From Raja brachyura (Eukaryota): DNA of 64,000 nucleotides. A program made the position numbers and the translations under genes. Below are positions 13,346 through 26,890 of the stretch, piece by piece (position 1 is the first letter of the stretch; each line of letters starts with the position of its first letter). Under the pieces are notes generated by a model. That model was not told the origin of the DNA. It saw nothing but the letters and a program-made list of their open reading frames with translations, and did not search any database. The stretch is taken from the NCBI GenBank assembly GCA_963514005.1, contig OY740795.1, positions 682,001 through 746,000 on the forward strand. Reading direction: 5' to 3'.

Positions 13346-13957
13346 ATTTTTATTACCGACCTGCGGTTATGAATTATTCATTAAGAAAGAGGGGCAACAA
13401 TGGACATGTTGTTATAGCTTGGTATTAATTAGTACATTTTTAATTGTCCCCCTAATATAGTATTACCTACTATAATATTAATTATACTAGAAATTAATAA
13501 CTGGTAATTAGTAATATGAATAACAGAAATATTTACTAAGTACTTAAAGTTAGTACCCCACCCCAATATACATAGTATTATAGACAGGAGCTGGAACACT
13601 TAACATCTCTTTTCTTAAGAAAAACCGGAAGTCAGTAGATTAATAGCCACGCTAGTGTGGCTTTCACTAATGCACACTACACACTATACCAGTGTAGTTT
13701 CTTTTTTTTCTGGGCACCCTGTTAACACCCCTTTCTCTTTTTTTAATTACACTTTGTACTTTTTCTTATATATTAAATATTTGATTCTGCGTTATATATT
13801 ATATGAATGTAGTTATGAACGATATTGTATAATCGCTCTAAGAAGATATGTATATGGATTACTGAAGATAGAAACTCTCATCGGATTGGCGTTTGGGTAT
13901 ACCGCTGGGCTGGAGGGGTCGAGAAGGCTACTCCAAAAAAAACACCCTAATAGTAAA

Positions 13958-16900
13958 ATGCAAGATATGAATGTGAAGACCGGGGGGGGGGTGGAATTAC
14001 CTTCTGTAGTTGGAATGTTAAGGGAATTAATGAACCAATTAAAAGGGGAAAGGTACTAGCACAGTTGAATAGATTGAAATCAGACGTGATCTTCCTCCAA
14101 GAGACTCATCTCAAAAGAGATGCTCAATATAGATTAACAGCGAAATGGATTTCCAAGGTATATCACTTTTCATTTACACACAAATCTAGAGGAGTTGCAA
14201 TAATTATCCGTAAAGGTATACCTTTTAAACAAAATTCTATAATAGAGGACAAAGAGGGTAGATATGTAATAATTACAGGGGAATTATATTCACAGAAAGT
14301 AATTTTGGTGAATATATATGCCCCTAATTTTGATAACCCATTATTTTTTAAGAAAATATTTAATAATATTCCTATTTCCACACAATATAATTTAGTTATT
14401 GGGGGTGACTTTAATTGCACCTTAGATAGCTACCTAGACAGGTCTTCTACAAAAAGGAAAGTCACCTCTAATTCAAGTAAACTTATAAATTATTTTATTA
14501 ATACATCGAATGTTAAGGATATTTGGAGATTAGATAATCCATCCGGACGAGAATACTCGTTTTTTTCGCCCGTACACGGAACTTATTCTAGGATAGATTA
14601 TTTTTTAATAGATTCAAAATTACTACCTTTTATGTATGACGTAAAATATCACAATATTATTATTTCAGATCACGCGCCTCTTACATTTAAGATAAAACTA
14701 AAAGATATACTTAATAAAACGACTACTTGGAGATTTAATCCCCAGATATTAAAGGATAAGGACTGTTGTAAACATGTGACGGAACAGATTAAATTATTTT
14801 TTGAAACTAATGACAAACCGGAGACTTCACCATCGTTACTCTGGGACACATTTAAAGCATTTATGCGTGGTGCAATAATATCTACACAAGCTTATCTTAA
14901 TAAAGAAAATAGAAAGATGGAACAAAAGTTAGAACACGAGATAAAACAACTAGATAGTGAAAATATAAAACGCCCTTCTAAAGAGCTAAGTAACAAAATT
15001 GCAATAGCAAAATATAGACTAAATAAAATATATTCTAACCAAGTCATTAAACTATTTTAACAAACCAAACAAGTGCATTTCGAGTTTGGAGACAAACCAC
15101 AAAAACTATTAGCAAGACAACTTAGAAAATTAGAGGATGAAAAATTGATACATAGAATTAGATCGGTGGATGGAAATATATTGACGATACCAAAAGATAT
15201 TAATGACAGATTTCTACAATATTATCAAAATCTTTATTCATCTAAATTAACAGGATTAATAGTGGATATGGAAACATTTCTACAAAAGTGTCAAATTAAC
15301 AGTTTAGATCAGGAAGGTAGACATTTGTTAAACGCCGAAATAACAGTAATATATATTGAAGAATCAATTAGTTCGTTAAAGAATGGAAAAGCAGCGGGCC
15401 CCGATGGCCTAAGTGCAGAATTTTATTAAAAATTTCTAGATCTGATTTCCCCAAGATTATATACAGTATATAGATATGCATATGAACAAGGTAAATTACC
15501 AGAATCTTTAAACGAATCTACAATTACACTTATTCCTAAGGCAGATAAGGATTTGGAAGATCCAGGATCATATAGAGCGATCGCACTTCTAAATACAGAC
15601 CAAAAAATACTAACGAAAGTTTTATCTCGGAGATTAAGTTTGGTGATTTCTAAATTAATACATCAAGATCAAACAGGTTTTATCCCAAAACGCTACTCAT
15701 CCCATAATCTCAGACGCTTGTTTAATATTATATATTCAAAAAGAGTACGGGACAGGGAATTAGCAGTTGTATCGCTAGATGCAGAAAAGGCATTCGATCA
15801 GGTGGAATGGTTATATTTATTTAATATAATGGAAACGTTTCATTTGGGGGATAGATTCTGTAAATGGATAAGAATTTTATATTTGAATCCAACGGTAAGA
15901 ATCTTAACTAATCAAATATTATCAGCTAAATTTAAGCTCTCTAGGGGTTGTACACAGGGTTGTTCGTTATCGCCTTTATTATTTGCTTTGATGATAGAGC
16001 CTTTGGCGGAAAGAATCAGATCAGAACCTGAAATCCATGGCTATAATACTGACACAACAACTAACAAAATATCTTTATATGCAGATGATGTTTTGATTTA
16101 TATTACAAAACTGGAAATTAGTATACCTAAGTTATTTAATGTTATAACTATCTTTGGCACATTTTCAGGATTTAGGATTAACTGGAATAAAAGTGAAATT
16201 ATGCCTATAACAGGAATTAACTTAAATATATTACAACAATATCCGTTAAAAATAGTTAAAGACAAATTTAAATATTTAGGAATTAATGTAACTAAATCTT
16301 ATAATTCACTAATTAAATCTAATTACCCTCTATTATTAGATAAACAAAAAAAATATTTTGTACTGGAAAACACTTCCTATATCCATGATTGGTAGAATAA
16401 ACGCCAAAAAGATGGTGTTTTTACCACAATTATTATATTTGTTCCAGGCTATTCCTTTTTTTCTCCCAAAGACCTTTTTTAAAAAAATAGATAATATTAT
16501 TTATAGTTTTATTTGGGATTATAAAAATCATAGAATAAGTAAAAAACATTTATGTAAATCTAAGATAAATGGAGGATTAGCACTTCCAAATTTTTTATAT
16601 TATTTTTGGGCAGTCCAGATTAAGAATATGAATTTTTGGTGGGTAAATATGGATTATGAACCAATGTGGTTAAAGATGGAAAAGGAAGATTGTTTACCCT
16701 ATAATGTAGGCTCGGTTCTCTTTGCACCAAAGGAAGTACAAAAAAAAATTATAGGGATAACCCTATAATTTATAATAATAGATGTATTTGGAAACAAATA
16801 GTTAAGACTTTACAGCTAGATAATCTTTCACTTAGACTACCAATAATGAATAACCCATTATTTAAGCCCTCTATATTGGATGGAGGGTTTAGACACTGGG

Positions 16901-17745
16901 ATGATTTAGGAATTAAAAGGATAGAGCACCTTTATAGAAAAGGAACATTTATTTTATTCCAAGAGTTACAAGATATCTACGGATTGTCTCCGCAACACTT
17001 GTTTAGGTACTTACAAATTAGAGATTATATAAAATCAAACACACTAGATTATAAAAATAAAGTACCAGGATTATTAGATGATTTGTTTAATTTACACCCA
17101 AATACAGAAAAATTAATAGCCCATATATATAACATAATCTTGGATAAGGAGAATCCAACAACGGAAACATATCGGCAAGCATGGGAAAAGGAAATTGGTT
17201 TATCCATAACAAAAGAAAATTGGGAAGAAAGTTTACAGCAAATACATCGGTGTTCGTTAAATGCCAGACATACATTGATACAATTCAAAGTATTATACAG
17301 ATTACACTATTCAAAAACTAAATTAAATAGTATCTTTCACAATCTCTCTTCAATTTGTGATAAATGTAAGAACTTAGAAGCAAATTTAACACACAGTTTT
17401 GCTACATGTCCCAAACTGAATTGCTACTGGACAGAAATTTTTAAGGTTATTTCTGAGGTTCTAAAAATTAGATTGGATCCAGACCCAAAGTTAATAATAC
17501 TTGGGATTTTGGATTCAAATTCGGTACTTACTGGAAATCAAAGAAATTTCTTTGATTACTGTTTGATAATAGGGAAAAAAATCATATTGAAATTTTGGAA
17601 GGGAACATTATCCCCCACAATTAAAATGTGGGCAGCAGAGATGTTGGAGACGTTACAATTAGAAAGAATCATATTTGTCCTATTGGACAAATATAATATC
17701 TTCGAACAAATATGGTCTCCATATATACAGTATCTAGAGAAGTAG
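13958..17745 (+). pseudogene. L1 ORF2p (APE endonuclease, RT, Cys-rich C-terminus) with stops and frameshifts
   Basis: Fragments 14065-15060, 15073-15429, 15553-16395, 16358-16768 and 16846-17745 carry LQETH, GGDFN, SDHAP, GPDG, QGCSLSP and YADD. Confidence 0.95.
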
Positions 17746-18619
17746 CTGTTCTTGACGTCACAGCCTGACGGGTACCCAGCGGGATTTGATGAGAATAATT
17801 GATTCTTATACTAGGATTAATAGGCATGTCTTCATTGATATTATTATTTGTAATAGTTTTAGATACAATATATTTTGTTGATTTTCATTGATATATATAT
17901 ATATATATATATAATATTTTTTCACTTTTTGTTAATCTATAATCTTTTTTCCTTGCTCTATTTTCTTCTTCTTTTCTATATAATTAAATTATTATTTAAT
18001 CACTTTCTTATTGATTTAAAACTATTCTATTCTTTTCTTTATTTCCAAAAAAATAGAAGATGATAACTGTCAATGGGTTATTTTAAAAATGTGTAATTAA
18101 GTTGAGGTTTGTAAAGCTGTTTACATTATTGTAAATAGATTACTTCTAATAAAATAAAGTTAAAAAAAAAAATTCAAGTTATTTGCACTATTGAGGCTGC
18201 TGCATTAAAAAAAAAACACTAGTAGTAAAAATGACAATGGTCGTCGTTGCGATTGTACCAACTAAATGGCGAGAAATATGGTTCACAATTTTCCCCGTCA
18301 CACCGAATAATTCCGCTCAGATTTACATTTCACGCAATCCGGAACTAAACATGTCACGGTGAGGGGATGCTGCATGATAATATTGGCAGAGTTGACATAT
18401 GGACTGCTGGCGGAGTGTATTGTCACTTAATTTATTAACAATTGGTTTGTTAATAAGAGTACACGAGCGATGATTTTTTTTTTGGAACAAGATATCTTCA
18501 TTTTAATTCATAATTGACCGAATGTTTTATTTTCTTCACAGATTGCGTGGGAAGAGGAGACATAGGTAGGTACAAAATTAACCCTCCTCCAGCCCCAATT
18601 TTGTAGAGTCAGGGAATAA

Positions 18620-18900
18620 TTATGCAGCTTACTGCCTCTTAACAGCAAATGAACAGCAGGCAGTATCTCTGGAGGAAAAGGATAGATGACGTTTCTGGTC
18701 AGGATCATTCTTTCGTCGAGAGTCGGGCGGGGTCACAGGATGAAAGAGTAGGCCAGAACAAGGCAGGGAAGGCAACAGATGCCTAAAAAAGAAATTAGCC
18801 CATAATCGCCCATTGGTTGCTGGGGAATACGTGGTAACAAACAACTACAAAGTTGCGAGCAATACAACTAGTATGATGACTAGGTTGGGGGAGAGAGTGA
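18620..18900 (-). mobile_element. Degenerate Penelope-like terminal fragment
   Basis: Minus strand reads cgacgaaaagaatgatcctgaccagaaacgtcatctatcc...ccagagatactgcctg, similar to the pLTR copies; paralog at ~43950-44200. Confidence 0.45.
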
Positions 18901-19179
18901 GAGAAAGGGAGACATGGGACATACGAGATGCTGTTCCTCCATTGATTGCGTGGCCTCGCTCTAACAGTTGAGGTGGACAACGGCAGAGTGGTTTATATGA
19001 GAATGGGAAGAGGTGTTAATATGTTTGCCCTCCGGGAGAACGTAAAGGAAAATGCGGAAATTGATTTGTTACCGTACATAGGATCATACAATCACAGAGT
19101 CATAGAGCGATACAGTGTGGTATCAGGACCTTCCGCCCAACTTGCCACACCGGCCAACAATATACCAGCTACACTAGAC

Positions 19180-21070
19180 TGGAGGGGGACCGATTTAACT
19201 GGAGGGGGACCGACCGTTTGGCAGGCAGGTTTTCTAGGGCTACACGTGTGGGTTTAAACTAAATAGTGGGGGGGGGGGGGATTGACAAATCGGGAGTATA
19301 AAGGTGGAATTGAGGGGGAAGTGGCTGCAGGAAAACATACCAAAGATTCTCGAATTAATGGGACGGAAAGCTCGAGAATGGACAACAGCGTAAGGTCAGG
19401 GACAATTGCGAGTGGTGCGGGGGGGGAGTGAATATGGAGGTGAAAGTGCTGTATATGAATGCGCGAAGTACAGTATAGGATTAAAGTGGACGAGCTTGAG
19501 GCTCAGTTAGAAACTGTCAAGTATGATGTTTTAGGAATTACTGTGACATGGCTGTAAGAGGGCCAAGGTTGGGAACTCAATATTCAAGGGAATACCTCCT
19601 AACGAAAAGACGGAAAGGTGGGTAGAGGGGGTGGGGTTGCCCTGTTGGTGAGGAATGACATTCAGTCCCTTGCAATGGGTGACATTGAAACAGGAGATGT
19701 GGAGTCTGTATGGATAGAACTCAAGAATTGTAAGGGTAAAAATACCCTAATGGGACTAATCTACAGTCCTGTGGATTGGAGGGTAGCTAACGTTATCCTA
19801 CTTTTTAAGTAAGGCGGGAGAGGGAAACCAGCGGATTACAGATCAGTTAGCCTGACATCGGTGGTGGTGAAGATGCTGGAGTCAATTATAAAATATGAAA
19901 TAGCCGAACATTTGGATAGTAGTACAGGAGCGGTCCGAGTCAGCATGGATTTACGAAGGGGAAATCATGCTTGAATAATCTACTGTGATTTTATTGAAGA
20001 TTTACCTAGGAAAATGGACGAGGGGGAGCCAGTGGATGTAGTGTGCCAGAACTTTCAGAAAACATTTCTTAAGGTCCCACATAGGAGATTAGTGGGCAAA
20101 ATTAGGGCGCATGGTATTGGGGGTAGAGTGCTGACATGGATAAATAAGTGGTTGGCAGCCAGGAAAAAAAGAGTAGGGATTAACGGACCCCTTTCAGAAT
20201 GGCAGGCAGTGACTAATGGGATACCGCAAGATTCGGTGCTGAACCGCAACTATTTGCCAAAAACATCAATGATTTGGATGAAGGGATTCAAAGTAACATT
20301 ACCAAATTTGCAGGTGGCACAGAGCTGGGTGGCAGTGTGAACTGTGAGGAGGATGCTATGAGAATGCAGGGTGACTTGGACAGGTTGGGGGAGTGGGCAG
20401 ATGCATGGCAGATTAAGTTTAATGCGGATAAATGTGAGGTTATCCACTTTGGTAGCAAAAACTGGAAGGCAGATTACTATCTAAATGGCGTCAATTTGGA
20501 AAAAAAGGGGAAGTACAACGGGATCTGGGGGTCCTTGTACATCAGTATGAAAGTAAGCAGGTAGGTACAGCAGGTAGTGAAGAAAGCGAATAGTATGCTG
20601 GCCTTCATAACAAGTGGAATCAAATATAGGAACAAAGAGGTCCTTCTGCAGTTGTGCAGAGCCCTAGTTAGACCACACCTGGAGTATTGTGTGCAGTTTT
20701 GGTCCCCTAATATGAGGAAGGACATTCTTGCTATTGAAGGAAAGCAGCGTAGGTTTATAAGGTTAATTCCCGGGCTGGCAGGACTGTCATATGCTGAAAG
20801 AATGGAGCAGCTGGGCTTGTGCACTCTGGAGTTTAGAACAATGAGAGGGGATCTAATTGAAAGAGATAAGATTGTCAAGGGCTTGGACACGCTAGAGGCA
20901 GGAAACATGTTTCCGATGTTGGGGGAGACCAGAATCAGGGGCCACATTTTAAGCATAAGGAGTAAGCCATTTTGAACGGAGAAGAGGAAACACATTTTCT
21001 CATCAGAGAGTAGCGAGTCTGTGGAATTCTCTGCCTCAGAGGGCGGCGGAGGCGGGTTCTCTGGATGCTT
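19180..21070 (+). mobile_element. Degenerate CR1 LINE (internally deleted relative to the paralog at 44500-47615)
   Basis: APE start GGGVALLV and RT motifs KVPH and HLEYCVQFWSP. Confidence 0.9.
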
Positions 21071-21680
21071 AACCCCTTAAGAATTGTGTAAGTCTCTATA
21101 AGATCCCCCTTCAGTCTTCTCAATTCCAGCGAGTACAAGCCGAGTCTATCCAGTCTTTCTTCATATGGAAGTTCTGCCATCCCAGGAATCAGTCTGGTGA
21201 ACATTCTATATACTCCCTCTATGGCAAGAATGTATTTCCTCAGATTAAGAGACCAAAACTGTACGCAATACTCCAGGCGTGGCCTCTCTAAGACCCTGTA
21301 CAACTGCAGTAGAACTTCCCTGCTCTTGTACTCAATTCCTTTTGCTAAATGCCAACATACCATTCGTTTTCTTCGCAGACTACTGCACCTGAATGCCTGT
21401 GACAGCCAGGTCTCGTTGCACCTCCCCTTTTCCTAATCAGCCACCATTCAGATAATACTCTACCCTCCTGCTTTTGCCACCAAAGTGGATAACCTCACAT
21501 TTATCCACATTATACTGCATCTGTCATGCATTTGCCCACTCGCCCAACCTATCCAAGTCACATTGCAGCCTCCTAGCATCGTCCTCACAGCTAACACTGC
21601 CCCCCCCCCCCCTCCCCAGCTTCGTGTCATCCGCAAACTTGGAGATGTTGCATTCAAGTCCCTCATCCGGATCACTAATA
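21071..21680 (-). mobile_element. CR1 RT fragment
   Basis: REVLLQLYRVL..LEYCVQFWS on the minus strand. Confidence 0.85.
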
Positions 21681-22118
21681 TCGATTGAAGTTTTCCGTAT
21701 GGAGAAGGTATCTTAAGCACGGTATCTGTATGGAACTTTACACAATTTAGATCATCCGCTGCTAAAACAGCATATTATTTTTAAATCGAAAACCTCGTTA
21801 ATGTGCAATGATGAAAGGAAATCATAAATACAACCCGTTGCACCTAGTCAACAAAAAATCTTCATACGTTTTGAAAACATTATTTTCCAGGTATATGTAC
21901 ATACATTCATGAAAACACAGAAGTTGAATGATTGAACGGGGCAAATGATGATACGTAGAAGAGGTGAGACTCAATTGAGCCCATGAACCTACTAAGCAAG
22001 TGGGCGTGTCCTACAGGGCGAATGGCCATAAAATGTCCACGCATTAAATGCTATCTTTTCACTTAAACCCTACAGCAAAGCAACGCATGAAGCCAGCTGG
22101 TCACTCGTTTTTGTTATA

Positions 22119-24947
22119 TTATTTTAACTTACACTTTACCGATTTAAATATATTTCCAGTGCAAATGACCGGATAAGTGAGCACACGGAACAGCTCCTCT
22201 CTGAACCTGCTCTGTGTCACGCTGTAAATCGCCGTGTTGGTGCAGGAGCTCAGCAGCTGAAGCATGAATCCAACCCTTTCCAATCCACCCACATAGTCTG
22301 TCCAGGTCTTGCCCAAAAACTCTTTCAAACTTCTATACGCTATAAAATGTGCCACACTTGTGGCCCAGAGCAGGATGAAGCAGCTCGAGATTGCCAGAAG
22401 TAAAACGACCGACCGTCTGCGATTCACCATCTCCAGGTCTTTCGTTTTCTCCCTACTGCTGAGGTCTCGGAGATTCCTGCGGGATCGACTGGCCACGAAA
22501 ATACGCCTCACGGTGAGCGTGTTAAACAACAAAATCAGGCAGAATGAATTGCCGGGGTGAACAACTGTTCGACCCAAGAGAACACCATCCATTCGGGACG
22601 CATGTAAAAATGGACAAGTTTCCGGCAACCATGCGGTCTACCCCATCCGGTATAAGGAACGTAGGCAACGGGCAAGGGTAGGTTTTTGAGGCAGACGAAT
22701 GGAATCACTGTCAGGATAACAATCGACACGGTTCTCCGGCTACAGGAGTGTAGGGCACGGAAGCATGCCACCAATACAGATCAGCAATCCGGTTAAATAT
22801 CATCTCATAAAGAATGACAGAGAGGTCGGCGGACGCCATGGCTACCATGTAACGAGTGATGCACTTGGAAAGGCCGCACTTACAACGGGACAAGATCAAA
22901 ATCGCCATCAGATTCACAGGGAAAGAATAAAAACAGAAATTAATTAATTGTCTGGTGTACGGGCAGGTGGGAGGGAGCGGACGGAGTAATTTCACCCTGT
23001 GTCGCCAGTAGTAGAAACGATTTATTTAACGAATTGATATTTGGGACAATCATCCGTCATTCGCTTGCCAGAAAGAAATTCAATAGGTAAATTATTAAAT
23101 ACGTGATTACCAAAATTAGTGGGATTGCCTTATGAAGATGGACAGAGAAGGACATGAAGGTGGAAATAGTAGAACAAACGGCAATCCAATTTTGGTAAAC
23201 AGGAATGTAATCTGCAAATGATTAAAATCCTGTTTACCAAAATTATTGGGATTGCCTTTTGTTCTAATATTCACAAAATTATGGCAATCGTTTGATTTTG
23301 ATGTAAAATATAGAACATTTTCAACAGGACAGTCAGTGTATCAAAAATGAAATTAACAATCCAAATTACCGTCGATCAAATCAGAATTAAGAGGGGATCC
23401 TTCCAATATCAGATATTTGATATAATTTTTATAACGGTAAATTCAAATGAACAGTATCGTTTTTATTGCTGAGACGTGAGCAACTTTTGCGTCGGGCACT
23501 GAGTCAATCGTGGTCTGGATTAACGCGATCGGTTTTCCAATGGGCCTTCGAGAATGCATTTCCGAACATGAGACCAAGGAAATGGATTCATTGAAGCGCA
23601 GCAAATATAATTACAAACACCCTTCACAAACACGGCTAACAACATTTTGGCAGGTAGTTTCTGCGGAACAGCGGGCGGAATTCCGTACCGTACCTGACAA
23701 GAACAAATGCTGGGGTATCTCAGTGGCGCAAGCAATATCTCTGGACGACACACATCGGCGATGTATCATCTCGAGCCCATTCTTCAGAATCCGATTGGAA
23801 GAATGATATCAAGCCGATACGTCAACTTCGTCGGAGCTCCAGAAATGCTGCAAGACTGACTGAGTTAACCAGTTCTTTGTTTTCACTGGGGCAGGTTGCT
23901 GTGGAGCAGGTTGATCGTACGTCCTTCAAATCTGTCCCAGCGAAATTATTCCTGTGAGAAGAACAGGTGCAGGTCACCGTTTGACCTGTTTTTACAAAAT
24001 GTTAAATGGTCAGCTGGACATAGATTACAAGACCTACACTAACCCCAAACCAATTAGGAGCAGACTAGGGCATTCGATCCAATTTGTGGTCCCAGCCACA
24101 AAGACAGACGTGTACAGCAATTCGTTCTTCCCACGCACTATTAAAGCATGGAATAATCTCCTCCAAACCACGGTTTCCCAGCCAGATGCAAATAAATTTA
24201 AAGTGGCACTTTCTCCCCAATAACCCTCTCTGGCTTACCCCTCTCTTTACCACCTCCAGTTTAAATTCCAGTTGGAGTATTTTGGAGGACCAAGTCACCA
24301 AGAACCAAGAACTAAGAATTTAAGAGCGATACAGTAAATGCAGTGCCAAATTACTGGACCGGGTGCATTTCTCGTTCTGCCGAATGCAGAACGCATAGTG
24401 GATCATAAATTGCCACTCACAGCGAGGACCAAGTTGCCCTTCACTTAGCAACAGTGCATGTGCGGGCATTGATTTTAGTAAAACACGGTGAAGGCTACAT
24501 TTCTCCAGCTTCACTGAACGGCATCCATCAAATATACCAACGCGCTTCCTCGCTCCTAACATGTATATTCCTTGTTTCGTTTTAGTTTAGGGATACAGCG
24601 CGCACACTAACACCAGCTCACGCACACAAGGGACAATTTATTTTATTTTATGGAGTGAGGAGGAAACCGAAGATGGCAGGGAAAACCCAGAAGGTAACGG
24701 GGAGAACGGACACACTCCGTACAGACCAGCGCAGTAAGATAACTACTCTGGTGCTGCGCCACGGTGCCGCCCTAACTACTGCTGGGCTATTCGGTATGTT
24801 CTCTTAACCTTTAATACTCTGCGCTTTTCAAACAGTCTTTGTTAGTTCCATGAGATGTGCTGACAATTACCTACCAGGTAAACCAATTGCTGCCAGAATC
24901 GGATAATACACAAGTCCTATTTTTTCCTCGATCGGATTACCGTGCAT
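22119..24947 (-). pseudogene. GPR139-like class A GPCR pseudogene (exon 1 24875-24947; exon 2 ~22119-22916)
   Basis: Exon 1 MHGNPIEEKIGLVYYPILAAIGLP with a GT donor; exon 2 acceptor AG changed to TG (22917-22918); ~120-bp deletion at ~22740 removes TM3 and the DRF motif relative to the 48376 copy; 1-nt frameshift at ~22547. Confidence 0.9.
23960..24318 (+). mobile_element. LINE 3' end fragment (CR1/L2-group) in the GPCR pseudogene intron
   Basis: RLTCFYKMLN..SFFPRTIKAWNNL C-terminal motif, (ccaagaa)n tail; absent from the paralogous intron at ~50290. Confidence 0.75.
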
Positions 24948-25257
24948 TTTAATGCGAAAGTCCAGGCGATCACGGCTGGTGGAGCCGCCCTGCGGTTGTC
25001 AGCGAAACAAACCAATATCTGGCATATCTATAAAGAAAATAAAGGACAAAGCAGGCAACTAGATTACATCCCTGAGGGCTTTACTTACACATTTTTGAAC
25101 AAACATCTACTGTTTTCCATGTAATATTCAAAATCACAATCATGGTGGCGACATTTCCAACAGCAGACAGTGAACAATGGATTTTGCAAATCCCAAACTA
25201 TCGCACGCGCAGTGAAATTGCCGGCGAGGGTTGTACCTGTTCTACTCGCGTTTCCAA

Positions 25258-25555
25258 ACCTACACAAGTCCTACACAAACCCCAAACCAATTCGGAGCAG
25301 ACGAGGGCATTCGATCAAATTTGTGGCCCAGCCACAAAGACAGATGTGTACAGCAATTCCTTCTTCCCACGCACTATTAAAGCATGGAATAATCTCCACC
25401 AAACCACGGTTGCCCAGCCAGATACAACTAAATTTTAAGTGCCTCTTTCTTCCCAATAACCGTCTCTGGCTTAACCCCTCCCTTCACCCTCCAGTTTAAA
25501 TTCCAGTTGGAATATTTTGGAGGACCAAGTATCCAAGAGCCAAGAACCAAACAAC
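25258..25555 (+). mobile_element. Second copy of the same LINE 3' end family
   Basis: Near-identical to 24035-24310 (NSFFPRTIKAWNNL, ccaaga tail). Confidence 0.75.
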
Positions 25556-25689
25556 GATAACAGGTAGAGAGCGGGACGCAGGACGGGCACCTCAGCATAT
25601 CTACTGGTTACACAGGGCACACGGGGTCGGATATCTCCGAAAAGTGGCGTTTTGGGGGAATGAGCAACAAAAGAGAGAAGAACCGTCGA

Positions 25690-26890
25690 ATTTATCAAAT
25701 ATGGTCAAGTCAAGAGAGTTTATTTTCATATGTCCCAGATAGGACAATGACATTCTTGCTTGGCATCCGCACCACGGAATATAGTAGGTACGAATACAGA
25801 ACATATTATATCAGTGAGTCCATATACCATTATATAAATTTATACACACATCAATAAATAAGCAGATAAAGTGCAAATAAACAGATAATGGTATACTAGT
25901 GTTCAAAGATTTGTTTCAGTTGAGTTTAATAGCCTGATCGCTGTGGGAAGTGGCTATTTCTGAAGCTGGACGTTGCAGTCTTCAGGCTCCTGTTCCTTCT
26001 ACCTGAAGGTAGCGGGGAGATGAGTGTGTGGCCATGATGGTAAGAGTCCTTGATGATGCTGCCAGCCTTTTTGAGGCAGCGACTGCGATAGATCCCACGA
26101 TGGTAGGGAGGTCAGAGTCGATGATGGACTGGGTAGTGTTTACTACATAGAAACATAGAAAATAGGTGCAGGAGTAGGCCATTCGGCCCTTCGAGCCTGC
26201 ACCGCCATTCAATGTGATCATGGCTGATCATCCAACTCAGTATCCCGTACCTGCCTTCTCTCTATACCCCCTGATCCCTTTAGCCACAAGTGCCACATCT
26301 AACGCCCTCTTAAATATAGCCAATGAACTGGCCTCAACTACCCTCTGTGGCAGAGAATTCCAGAGACTCACCACTCTACATTTTGTAGTCTTTTCCGCTC
26401 CTGGGTGCTCAAGCTGCCGAACCAAGCCACGATGCAACCGGTCAGCATGCTCTCTACACTGCACCTGTAGAAGTTAGAGAGAGTCCTCCTTGACATACCG
26501 ACTCTCCGTAATCTTATCAGGAAGTAGAGTCGGTAATGTGCTTTCTTAATAATTGCATCAGTATTCACGGACCAGGAGAGATCTTCAGAAATGTGCACGC
26601 CCAGGAATGTGAAGCTCTTGACCCTTTCCTCCATCGTCCCATTTATCTAAACGGGACTGGTGGGTCTCCATTATATCCCTTATAAAGTCCACAATCAGTT
26701 CCTTGGTTTTGCTGGTGTTGAGGGCCAGGTTACTGTACTGGCACCACATGGACAGTCGCTCGATCTCACTTCTATACTGTGACTCTTCGCCATCAGTGAT
26801 ACGTCCCACAACAGTGGTGTCGTCAGCGAACTAGATAATGGAGTTCGCACTGTGACCGGCTATGGGGCATACAGTGAGTACAGCAGTAAA
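25690..26890 (-). mobile_element. Rex1/Babar-like LINE RT 3' part with a nested CR1 3' end at ~26146-26378
   Basis: NLALNTSKTKELIVDF and FLGVHISEDLSWS..KKAHYRLYFL..FYRCSVESMLTGCIVAWFG motifs. Confidence 0.75.

Larger units (their letters stand above)
12016..18170 (+). mobile_element. Full-length L1-clade LINE
   Basis: 14-bp TSD aattcaagttattt (12002-12015 and 18171-18184), 5' cacttccgg start, ORF1 plus ORF2, aataaa and poly(A); empty site in the paralogous unit at ~43520. Confidence 0.95.
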
